A stretch of DNA of 64,000 nucleotides from assembly GCA_950097015.1 (NCBI GenBank), contig CATNEN010000038.1, forward strand, positions 33,666,001 through 33,730,000, in the 5' to 3' direction. Origin of the DNA: Macrostomum hystrix (taxonomy: Eukaryota > Animalia > Platyhelminthes). Below the pieces are notes generated by a model. The model saw nothing but the letters and a program-made list of their open reading frames with translations, did not search any database and had not been told where the DNA came from. Of the stretch, positions 47,401 through 59,247 are shown piece by piece; within the stretch, counting starts at the first letter, position 1, and each line of letters begins with the position of its first letter. Both the position numbers and the translations under genes were made by a program.

Positions 47401-47830
47401 TCTAAATACAACGTGTGGATTGTTAAAAGCAAAGTTATTTTTCAATGCTTCGGTATTTAAGTTTTTATACTGCCCGTGCTTCTTTGAACGTTATTTTGTA
47501 TCAATGTATTCCTATATCAATGTATCAAATAAAATATAAAAGTGTCTTAATTTTTTTATTCAATAGCCCAATTTTATGTTTTTAAAAGAACGGCGCTAGC
47601 GCTCTAAATTATTTTTTTTCACTGTTTTCCTGCTAATTTTACGCAACTTCAATTGGAAAATAGAGGAGCAGCCTAGAAGCTTCTAAGCATGTACATTGAA
47701 TGAGAGGTCAGAGCTTCGCTAATGCACATTCGCGCCAGCCAATAGGAGAGAGGTGAGACTTCCGCGCGTCAGATTTTCGACAATTTGGGGTGTGGGGTTT
47801 GGCAATCTAGTTCTCTATAAATAATCTTTG
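44400..47830 (+). mobile_element. P-element/THAP9-type transposon (5'-truncated, disrupted) inserted in the LINE
   Basis: YCSPKAYSHLRRLIFHLPAASTIRDW, LLIDAMHIR, SDCASVN, LDNCHLI, LTYKVCQDPLEHFFGEIRQRGGFNNNP, IAGYIG...CMSC...GGLFAPS. In-frame TGA at 44988; intron 46082-46650. The right terminus (reverse complement caaagattatttatagagaactagattgc) at 47830 abuts LINE codons GATWGLT. Confidence 0.9.
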
Positions 47831-50800
47831 GGTGAGGCCCCAGGTAGCACCGAAGGCTCTGCGGATCTGCGCGAGCGTCGCAAGAGCTTTGCGAGTTTTG
47901 AATTTGACGTGAGGTGTCCAGATCAACCTGTGGTCGAGGATTACACCTAAGCATCTAGTTTGCTTCTCCATGGCGATGGGTTTGTCATAGAGAAGAAGAG
48001 GCACAATCCTCCAGTTTCGTTTGCTGGTGAACATAATGGCGACGGTCTTGGACTCAGAGAGTTTGAGGCCGCAGCTATGAGCCCAGCGCTCGGCACGGTG
48101 GATGAAAGCTTGCAAAATGTCTCTAAGGACCGGGGGAGACGGTCCGGCCACGGTGGCGGTGACGTCGTCAGCATAGCCGATTTTTTGGACCGAGTCCGGG
48201 TCAGGGCTGCAGAGCAGCTCGTCCATGACAAGGTTCCAAAGGATCGGACTGAGAACGCCACCCTGCGGGCCTCCCTTCTGGACTTTCACAGAACGGGAGT
48301 GGCCAAGCAGGTGCGAGGTGGCAGTTCGGTGAGAGATCATATACATGATCCAGCGGGTGAGGTGCTCGTGCGCAGCCCGGCGTTCCAGGGCTCGCCTAAA
48401 GGCTCCGAAGAGCACATTGTCGAAGGCACCATCAATGTTGAGGAAAAGCGAGAGAGCAAAACCGGTGCCAAGCACGGCGCGCTCCAGCTTGTTGACAATG
48501 GTATGCAGAGCACTTTCGATGGAGCGTCCGGATCGAAAGGCGTGCTTGTTGGAGAGCGGGGAGTTCCTCAGCTCAACGTGAAGGAGGCGCCAAAGTACTA
48601 GCCTTTCAAGCAGCTTAAGAAAGAAAGATGTTAAGCTGATGGGGCGGAAGGCTTTGGCGGAATGGTAAGTCTCCCTTCCCAGGCTTGGGGATGAAGACGA
48701 TGGTGGCTTCCTGCCCAGAACTGGGTACGTACCCGAGGGTGATACAGGCCTTGAACAGGTTGCAGAGGAGGCCGAGGAACCTGTCATTTTTTACCGCTTC
48801 AAGGCGGGGTAAATGTTGTCAGGACTTAAAAGGTGAGAAGGAATTAGCAGCTCGAGCTGTCCGTTCTCTAGTGATAATGCTGGTCGCAAGGATGTGTCCA
48901 CCCGGAGTGTGGTCCGGCGGGTCCTGAAGCGGCGCGGTCCGGGGGGAAAGCGCTGGCGAGCATGATGTCCAGCGATTCGCCAGGATTCTCAGCAAGCCGG
49001 CCGTCCGGTCTTTCGATCACTGAGAGCTGATCGACATTTTGTCAAGAGTGAGCGCTTTTACAACGCGAAAGGTTGGGCGGGCGCCCTCCAGCTCGGCGCA
49101 GTATTGGCACCACTTTTCGGAATTCGCTTTCCTGGTGTCACGCTTAAAGTCGCGAATCGCATTCTGGTAGGCGGTCAGGTCAGCTGGGTCCTTGCTTTTT
49201 CGCGCAATCCGCTGGAGTGATTTGGCCTTGCGCCGGAGGGTTCCAAGCGCTGGGTTCCACCAGGGAGCGGATTCTTGCCTTTGTAGGCTTTAAGGGGGCA
49301 AGAGGGTTCATGAGCTATCAGGATGGTCGTAGTGAGTAGATCAGCTAGATCGTCCACTTCTTGATAGGTGGCAGGAACAACGGATTCTAACTAGTTGGTT
49401 CACTTCACAGATTCCGCAAAGGCCGTTCAGTCAGTATTCCGGGCGTTCCTTTTCCACAGAATACCAGGCTTGGAGTAGGAGCTTTGCAACCGGAAGCGAA
49501 TGAAGCGATGGTCAGAGAGAGACTCCTCTTCGTCCCACACCTGCCAGTCCCTGATCAGAGGAATCAGGCCCTGAGAGGCGAGGGTGGCGTCAAGGACCTC
49601 CGTCCATCGCCCATTGTCAAAGGTGGGTGTGCCACCCGAGTTGCAGAACTCAATATTGGTGGTGCAAATGTAGGCAAGGAGATCCTCGCCTCTGCAGTTT
49701 GAAGTAACACTTCCCCAGTGGGTGTGGTGGGCGTTAATGTCGCCTGCCACCAGCAGCTCAAAGTCGCGGTCTGAGCAGTAGTCCACGAGGGAAGTGAGAC
49801 TGGGCGGAACCATAGGACCGTCACCAGGAATTTAGATAGAGGCGATGATAACGGTGCGGTTCGGGAGAATGTGGTTGGTTTGGATGACACAGAGATCTTT
49901 GTCAGAGAGGTCTGGTCTATGCCAAGCTTTGAGATCGGTAGTCGCGAACACAGCAGCCCTGGGGTTTTGGGGCATGAAAAAACAGTCAAAACCTGCAGGA
50001 ATGTTCGGAATCTTACCTTTCTTCATCCAGGGCTCCTGGAGGAGGATGATGCCCGGTTTTACGAAGTCCACCACACGCGCCAGGTTCGTCGAGGCCGCGA
50101 TGGTGTTGCGGGCGGGTGGATGGTGTTGCGGGCGGGTTTCGGGCCCTTACCACGTCAGCCTGTCGCTGCGGCTCTCGCGGCTTTGCCCCTGATAGGATCC
50201 GCATCCTCGGAGTGGTCGTGACGGTCAGGAGTCTGTGTTCCAGGTCGCATGGGCCCGGCAGAGCTCTGAATCATCCGTTTCCGCTTTTCCGGGGGCGGCG
50301 GGCGAGTGGCGTCGGACTCGAAGCTGAAGATCTGCATTCGAGTGAGACCTGCACTGATGTAGGACATGTCTGGGCAGCAGAGCATCCAGCTGTCCGACAG
50401 TCCTAGAATGGCCGTGAAACCATCTCCACCAGGTCTGGTGACGGTTTCATGAACCACGACACCGTTTGCTGGCAGATCCGGGTGGATTGCCAACAGCAGG
50501 CGGCGCAGTTCTCCGGCGTTGGTGATGGCGCTGCGAGCTGGGATCCAAACACGATGACGGTGTGTCTGGGGGCGCTCGTCCTCCCTGTAGATACACAGGT
50601 TGCCCATTTCCGTGCCCCAGTCGAAGGTTTTCAGCATCTCGAGGAGTTGCTGTCCGGACTGGTTGTCGGCAGGCTGGACAATGAGGGCTTGGTCCTGGAT
50701 GTCGGTCTTCAGGACGTGCAGCACAGTGCCGCTCAGTGCCAGTTTGACCAGATGGGAGTCCAATCTGCGCCAAATCTGGTCGAGTTGCGCTGTCGAGATG

Positions 50801-51643
50801 GGCGTCTCCTGGCCTCGGATAACCAAGGCCGGCTGCCTCTTTGCCATAGCAGCGTAAGTAAGCTTTGGCTTTGTGGTTTGGCCGGCGCCTGCCGCAACGG
50901 CCCCCCAGCAGTCGGAGTTTCCGGATGACTGTGAGAGGTTCGCCACAAAAGGAACCGGACGCCCCAGAGGCCTGGGCGGCACTTTTCCGCGCTTCTGGGT
51001 TTCCCGGACGACGCGAGGAGTCCGCCTCCTTGTTGGGTGCCGGTTCCTCCGCGATGTTCGCAGAGTTGCCGGCCCCGTCCTCGGAGGCGGTGGTTGGCGC
51101 GGATTTCGCAGCCAACCGTGCTTCCTGTTTGCGCCGCCGGAATTCCTGGAAGCGGGCGAAGCTGCGGGCCTGCGTGGCAGGGGAGCGTTTGCTCTTAGAT
51201 CCAGCCGCTCTGGTGTTTTCCTGAGTGGCGGAGGAGCAGGATGAGTTTTGGGCGCCGGTGGAACCGGTGTCGCCCTGGAGCTGGTCCTGAGGATCTGCGT
51301 CGCCGGCCGGGGTCAGCGTTTCAGCAGGGTCCTGGGACGTGCTGGAGCTAAAGTTGGACTCCATAGGTCGCTGGAATGACAGAAATTTTTTAATGAAAAA
51401 TAAAAACCTGTAACGGCCGGATATACTCCCCGGAACTTTCAGCCCGTCAGCGCGGTGAGACCTTAGGCATATGAGGGCACCTAGAGCAGTGCCAGGCCCG
51501 CAGACTGGCTGCGTACCCTGTTGAGGTCGAAGGGTGACACCTGTCCCTCAGAGACGTAGCCAGAGGTACCTGATCACGCACAGGTGCACGAAGGCGGCGG
51601 ACTGGCCGCATACCCTGTTGAGGTCAAAGGGTGACACCTTTCC
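47831..51643 (-). mobile_element. 5' part of a LOA-like LINE: 5'UTR, ORF1 (~51364-50155, frameshifted) and ORF2 APE + RT (frameshifted)
   Basis: APE motifs IILLQEPW, GDINAHH...WGS, SDHRFI; RT motifs AKAFRPISLTSFFLKLLERLV, QGGVLSPILWNLV, GYADD, LGVILD. Confidence 0.92.
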
Positions 51644-54600
51644 AATTGTGTTTACAGCTTTACAGTTGTTCTGTTAGTATTTTTAAAATTATAGTCGAAA
51701 GAAAAAATACGGTAAAATCATGCATGTGTTTTTATCCATGGCGAAATGTTGCATATGAAAGTCAAGACGGATAAATCATGCAATGCGAGCTTGCACTTAT
51801 TGAAATTGGTAAAATTTCAAACAGAGTCAAACAGATAAGCAGAGTCAATAAAAATTCGCATTATTTAGAATGGTTACAATAGTACTGTTAACAGCAATAA
51901 TGAAGTACCAGCAAACATATTTACAAAGCCAAACATTTGTTTTAATTAAAATGCATGAAAGACAACTTTTCAAAAATGAAATGTTGTGTTAGTAGGACGT
52001 AGCCAGGGACGACTAAATACTATTAGTAGTAGCACAAAGATGGTGTTACTGACCTTTAGCACGATTTCAACAACAATTTTTGCATTGCTTATTATGAATT
52101 AAAAAACATTAGAATATTAACATATTAAACTATATTATACTAGTCTAGGATTCTAGTATTTTATTAAGAATGTAACTGTATTTGCAAAGTATATCCAAAT
52201 AGTACAAAAATATCTAAAAAGCTATATCAAATGCAAAAAATATGTTATCACCATACTAGAGTTTATGACTTTAGGGGCCTTTTAATTTATATACAATAGG
52301 CCCTTATAATTGTCTTGAAAACCATACTTATATTGAAGAAGGAATCCTTATACTTTGTACTAAAAAGAACCCTATTTATAATATTGAAATATAGTATCAA
52401 GATAGAAATTACAACATTATTGAGAGCATACCTTAATCTCAGGGCCTAAGCACTAACAAGGGCTATATCACTCCATTTAGACTTTGAGTAAAAATATTTC
52501 AAGTAGAATGGAACCTAATATCATATAATGGTTTACACTCAATGGTTTAGACATAATGCCAATGCCAATGGTTTCTATTTTAGTCAGGTTCTGTAGGCCA
52601 GATCTGGCCTACCCCTGTATTGATTAAAAGTTATGTTGAAATAACCGAGCTTTAATAGTGAAAGCATTATCAATCTATGTATTTTGTGTTTTTTTTCTCT
52701 GTCTAAAAACTCAAATCTGTAAGAATTCTGAAACAACCTATTTAAACTTGAGATTAATTTGATCAGAAATTACCCATATGCATTTCTTTGGAGTTTAAGA
52801 GGCCTGTAAGGGGGTGCAACTGTGCTAGTACCCTTCTATTGCAAATTGGGCCTCATCTAACTAGCTTTGTTTTATTAGTTTTCACCTTCTCGTCATATTG
52901 TTTTGTCCTTCATATACTTTCCCTATACTATATAGGGTAAAGCTTCATCAACCAAACAAGAATGTAGTGCTTTTGAAAACTTAACTAGCAATAACTTTTT
53001 TTTATCTTACTAGCTGTAAAATTCAAACTTTTTAAAAGTTCTGTAAAACAATTTTTTCTTTCAGAAAAACATAAAACCCATATTTTCAAGCAAATACAAC
53101 TCGAAAAAATACATTTTAGTGCTCGATCCGAACGAAGATTCTGTGGGATCTTCAAACCGAACGAGGGATTTGACTTCCGAACGGCACGTTTCTACTGGTA
53201 TTACAAGCAGCAGGGGTGAACATTTGCGCAAATCTTTATTACATCATGTTCAGGTACTCTAAATGCATCAGTTAAGTGTAGATTTATTTACTTTTGGCGT
53301 CTGAGTTTTGCAATTCTCAACTTCTTTTTCAGGCGTCCATTTTGCTTATCAAATTTAATAAATGAAGCATTTATGCGTTAGACAGCATTTCTTTGTGCTA
53401 CAGTTCCAAACTTCTTTGCCAAATAGTTTGTGCTGCATGTGAATACTTCAATGCAAGGCTAAAATATCATTTATGCGTTGATTGATGCGCCTACTAAACA
53501 ATAAAGCGCCATAAACTTTATTTACCAAAAATTCCGAACGCCAGAATTTGACATCCGAACAGAAGATTTTCAGTTCAAATTCATTTTTTTCCTTCGATAA
53601 ACTATACAGGTCATCGTGTAATTGTGTTATCTTGGTACTTGTATTCTCTTGGCGCAAGATTCAGCTTTAAAATCACTAATCACTGCGAATTTCCGTTTGC
53701 CACTTATTAAGATTCACTCAAAATACAAAAACAATTCTGTAAAAATATTTCTTAAAAAAGAAACAGATGATCGTTCAAGCTTACTTAAAGTAGGGCATCT
53801 AGCATCGTTCCAAACTCAAATTTAGTTTGTAAAAAATGATTAAAATAAACAAAACGAAAGGAGTCGAAACTAGAGGGATGAGAGATCACGGTAAGTTTGC
53901 GAGCTGGCCGGCCATTCCCCAGCAGCCAACGAGAGAGCAACACTGGCACTTGGGACTGGGGCGAGAGGAGACGAGAAAAACTGTCGCAAATTAAGACTGG
54001 CTTCTGGAGGCAGTGAATTGCGCAATCATGCGGCTTTCGCTAGCCCTAACGATTTTATGCATGTCAAACTGAGCACACTTGAGAAACAATGGATGTGTGA
54101 AATAACTGAGGGGTGGGTGGCTCTGGCGGCTCCGCCCTATAAGCTTCATATACACATAAGCTTAATATGCCTTAGCAACTGCATGCAAAGCCCTGATCCA
54201 TGACATATAAGTCACCCTTCCGCTGGCCTATATTAAGAAGAAAACAAATAAACAATTGAATTCTTGGTTAGGCTCATGAATGCTCATTTTCACACATTTT
54301 CCAAAACCAGAGCACATTTTTTAAAACTGTTCCCCTTGGCTTTGCTCAAGCATCCCCCATTCTCATTCCCCCCACCGCTCATCACAATCACAATCTCGTT
54401 GGTGTTATTATTTATGACGCCATGATTGCGCAAACTGAAAATGCAAACAAAAAACTACTGAAATCATATTGGCTAAATTGCACAGTGGACACGAGTTCAG
54501 CATCAACGGGGGGTCGGATGTCCCTGCGCGGTATAGGCCTATAGGCTGTCTAAAATATCCGTCGAAATCGGCACATTTTAGAGAGTTGAAAATTGGAACA

Positions 54601-56286
54601 TTGCAAAGCTACTGGTGTAATTTTCATTTTCTCACCTGTAGGTAATATTGATTTTCAATGAGATAAAGTGAATGAATCTTAGGAAAAATGTTGAATATTA
54701 GGGTTTGTTAGTTTAAATATTGTCACACATAAGTGATGCAGATAGGGCCAAATTCAAGAAACCAATAAGTTCTTTTGTGCTAAAGATCTTGGCTCAATAC
54801 TCGTAGTTTTCATGATGAAAATCAAAGCGATCAAAGTCCAACAACACTGTTCGAAAAGAATAAACAATTAAGCAAATATGAGTCTTCGGTGCCTTTATAA
54901 GGGCTACGGATAGTAAATTAAATTATAAGCCCTCGGTCTGGTAATTGTGTTCCCTTCTGTGTCAATGCCTTTGTGTCAGGGGCCCGCAAGTAGGCCTAAG
55001 CCTAACTCAATTTGCGTTTTTACTGCCATATTTTTTAACGACTCGACTCAGAGTCCATGCAAAGTCTTGCATATGTGTAGGATTAGGATACGTTGCTTTA
55101 TACGCTTGGTATTCAACGGAAGCTGCAAAAATCTGCCTTCTGATAATAATTCGTCATTAAAAAAAATGATCAATGGTCCAGCTTTAGGGGCCTAAGTGAC
55201 CGCAGGATGATCGCTTCGCAGCATGCAATATGCTGCAGCAACCTGCCTTTTCAGTAGATTCAGTAGCGCTAAAGCAAAATTTGGGTCAGTAGGTCAATAT
55301 GCAGCGTAATACTGGATACAAGATAAACTGGCATTGACTGTTTATTTAAATAATTATTGATGGATTTTATTTTATTTTATTGATTTTATTGATGGATATT
55401 TTTACTGGTTATTTTTGGGCAGCTGCAGATTAGTGATTTTCTTTCCTTCTCTGCTTACAAGCATGTCTAAGCCTACTATACCTATAATATATTTTTATTA
55501 GCGGCAATTACTTTATTAGCGACAAAGTAATTGGAATTTCGGAATTTTGAACATCGGTTATTCAGGTCAGCATGGGTCTTGCCAATATTTTACATTGCGC
55601 ATCGTTCAGTGCTTGTTAAAGGACTAGATGCGCAAAATTTAATAATTCGACTATATCTACGCACTAACTGCACTTCATATTAAACAGGCTCATTAGCAAT
55701 CTTGTTGAATGAACTAAAAAACTAAAAAATTAGTTTCTAAAGCAAATGTATAGATGAGTGCAACAAAAAACTAGGCACAGCAAAATTCTAAAATAAAAAA
55801 TGGGCTAAACTAAAATAAACAAAAAACTTTTTTGAACGGCCTGCTTGCGGCAGGAAGCAGGCAAGGCGGCAGCAAATAGGAGACGGCGGCCCATGGCGAC
55901 CAATAGAAATCGTCTGCTGGGTCGAAGAAGGAACGGGGAGGAATCATGCCATTGGTCAAACGGATGGGGTACAGTAAAGTCTATGGCCGAAGTAAAAAGC
56001 GGTTCATATTTAATCAGCTGGAAATAAAAAATCAAAATTTACCCACAAAACTCTTGAAAGCTCTCGGTAAATCTCTGCTTTGTCTGCTTACAACTATCAG
56101 CTGCTTGTTTCGTACTCAATCGAGTCGATTCATTTGATCAATTACATTTTTCATATTTATTCTTTAAATTCGATCCCCCGCTCCCTCTATCCTTACTTTT
56201 ATATTTAATTCTTAGGCCAAGGCCTATTTAAATTAGGGCCTATTGTGAAGATAATTAAGCCTATACATACTATATTTACTTAATTA

Positions 56287-58008
56287 CACACTGCGTAGCA
56301 CCTAATTCAGTTTATTTGCACACTGCGTAGCACCTAATTCAGTTTATTTGCACACTGCGTAGCACCTAATTCAGTTTATTTGCACACTGCGTAGCACCTA
56401 ATTCAGTTTATTTGCACACTGCGTAGCACCTAATTCAGTTTATTTGCACACTGCGTAGCACCTAATTCAGTTTATTTGCACACTGCGTAGCACCTAATTC
56501 AGTTTATTTGCACACTGCGTAGCACCTAATTCAGTTTATTTGCACACTGCGTAGCACCTAATTCAGTTTATTTGCACACTGCGTAGCACCTAATTCAGTT
56601 TATTTGCACACTGCGTAGCACCTAATTCAGTTTATTTGCACACTGCGTAGCACCTAATTCAGTTTATTTGCACACTGCGTAGCACCTAATTCAGTTTATT
56701 TGCACACTGCGTAGCACCTAATTCAGTTTATTTGCACACTGCGTAGCACCTAATTCAGTTTATTTGCACACTGCGTAGCACCTAATTCAGTTTATTTGCA
56801 CACTGCGTAGCACCTAATTCAGTTTATTTGCACACTGCGTAGCACCTAATTCAGTTTATTTGCACACTGCGTAGCACCTAATTCAGTTTATTTGCACACT
56901 GCGTAGCACCTAATTCAGTTTATTTGCACACTGCGTAGCACCTAATTCAGTTTATTTGCACACTGCGTAGCACCTAATTCAGTTTATTTGCACACTGCGT
57001 AGCACCTAATTCAGTTTATTTGCACACTGCGTAGCACCTAATTCAGTTTATTTGCACACTGCGTAGCACCTCATTCAGTTTATTTGCACACTGCGTAGCA
57101 CCTAATTCAGTTTATTTGCACACTGCGTAGCACCTAATTCAGTTTATTTGCACACTGCGTAGCACCTAATTCAGTTTATTTGCACACTGCGTAGCACCTA
57201 ATTCAGTTTATTTGCACACTGCGTAGCACCTAATTCAGTTTATTTGCACACTGCGTAGCACCTAATTCAGTTTATTTGCACACTGCGTAGCACCTAATTC
57301 AGTTTATTTGCACACTGCGTAGCACCTCATTCAGTTTATTTGCACACTGCGTAGCACCTAATTCAGTTTATTTGCACACTGCGTAGCACCTAATTCAGTT
57401 TATTTGCACACTGCGTAGCACCTAATTCAGTTTATTTGCACACTGCGTAGCACCTAATTCAGTTTATTTGCACACTGCGTAGCACCTAATTCAGTTTATT
57501 TGCACACTGCGTAGCACCTAATTCAGTTTATTTGCACACTGCGTAGCACCTAATTCAGTTTATTTGCACACTGCGTAGCACCTAATTCAGTTTATTTGCA
57601 CACTGCGTAGCACCTAATTCAGTTTATTTGCACACTGCGTAGCACCTAATTCAGTTTATTTGCACACTGCGTAGCACCTAATTCAGTTTATTTGCACACT
57701 GCGTAGCACCTAATTCAGTTTATTTGCACACTGCGTAGCACCTAATTCAGTTTATTTGCACACTGCGTAGCACCTAATTCAGTTTATTTGCACACTGCGT
57801 AGCACCTAATTCAGTTTATTTGCACACTGCGTAGCACCTAATTCAGTTTATTTGCACACTGCGTAGCACCTAATTCAGTTTATTTGCACACTGCGTAGCA
57901 CCTAATTCAGTTTATTTGCACACTGCGTAGCACCTAATTCAGTTTGTTTGCACACTGCGTAACACCTAATTTAGTTAATTTGCCGACTGCGTAACACCTA
58001 ATTAAGTT
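56287..58008. repeat. Nearly homogeneous 32-bp tandem array, ~54 copies
   Basis: (cacactgcgtagcacctaattcagtttatttg)n with only rare substitutions (cctcatt at ~57070 and ~57327). Confidence 0.97.
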
Positions 58009-58065
58009 TACTGACTTCATTTTATTTATTATTTATTGGCTCGTATTTAATTCATCTGCCAAACA

Positions 58066-58461
58066 ATGAAGACTAATTTTAAGGCCAGGCAACTCGTTAA
58101 GAAGCTTAAGCAGGAAAGCTTTAATGCAGCTATTGATGAGGTCGTGCACCGAATTCAAAGCAGGCAGAGTGTTGACTATAGGCGCATCGCAGCTTCCCAT
58201 GGAGTGTCAACAACCACACTCTACGACAAGGTGCGCAAGCTGCGAGATGGCCAGGAACTCGTGGAGCGCAACACCAACAAGCGTTACTTTACCGACGCTG
58301 AGGAGGCGACTTTCGTGGGCGCCATTGTGCAAGCCGCCAAGCAGCAGATTCCGGTAACACGGAAGCAGCTGCTTGAGATGGCTTCCAAGACCCTCGTCAA
58401 TTGTGCTGCGGATGATCGAACAGGTCTGCGCATCATCAAGGAGGTAAGAAGTGGCTTTTAG
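58066..58461 (+). CDS. HTH_psq plus CENP-B/Tc5-type HTH DNA-binding protein (pogo-like N-terminus, no DDE domain); probably spliced at 58443
   Basis: FNAAIDEV...VDYRRIAASHGVSTTTLYDKV and YFTDAEEATFVGAIVQAAKQQIPVTRKQLLEMASKTL; donor gag|gtaaga; AATAAA at 58801. Confidence 0.7.
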   Translation: MKTNFKARQLVKKLKQESFNAAIDEVVHRIQSRQSVDYRRIAASHGVSTTTLYDKVRKLRDGQELVERNTNKRYFTDAEEATFVGAIVQAAKQQIPVTRKQLLEMASKTLVNCAADDRTGLRIIKEVRSGF

Positions 58462-59247
58462 CTTTGAAAATGCATAAATTTCAAACTGACCTCTAGTGTA
58501 ACCATGCATATCCCCCTCATCCTTCCGCATCTCTCCTAGGCCTAATCATCCCACAACTCCCCTAATCATCCCGCATTTCAGTGCGTTCCTCGGGACTTAC
58601 TAGTGAGGATATGCGACCATTATGTGTGGATTCAACAGAGGCAATTAAAAAAATGACAACTGCCGCCAAGTCTTGCTTGCTCGGCTTGGATCCCCCAATA
58701 TCAGCACCAAAGAAATTCCGACTCCTTTCACGTGTTTAATGTACTTTTGTGTGTTGCCTAAGAGATAATATTCAGTGGTGTTAAGTTTTGTCTAAGGTAT
58801 AATAAATGAATGTATATTTGCAGTAGACTTAGACTATACAAACTTTGTTTCTTTGTAGTGTCAACATAACAATGGCAGTTACTAATAGGGCTGCTCATCT
58901 ATACTTCGCTGGTTAGATATGAGAAATATCAAGGGATGCACTTGATCATAACTGCAGAGTCAGCATGGATAAGATAACTGATAAGTGTAGTTATGTGCAA
59001 ATTATTTTGGGCCTTTGCACATAAATGTCTGTGATTAAAATCCTTTACTTAAGTACATAGAGTTTATAGTAAGGAAACAATTTTTTCTTCAGTGTCACAT
59101 GGTGTGCAAGTATAAGGACACATAAGTGTAGGCCATTATATAGCTACTGCAATGACACTGTATAAAAGATGGCAATGACATGTAATCTAAATCGCCTGCA
59201 TTGTATATTGAGAGCAAGTGTTGACTGAAAGTAGTGATGGGTGTTAA

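Noticed and set aside
51660-56280. AT-rich region with short ORFs and GC-rich patches (~53880-54140, ~55830-55975)
   Set aside because: No recognisable protein motifs, splice-consistent exons or paired termini could be established by eye; these may be TE ends.
56287-58008. 32-bp repeat as a CRISPR array
   Set aside because: Head-to-tail tandem copies with no spacers.
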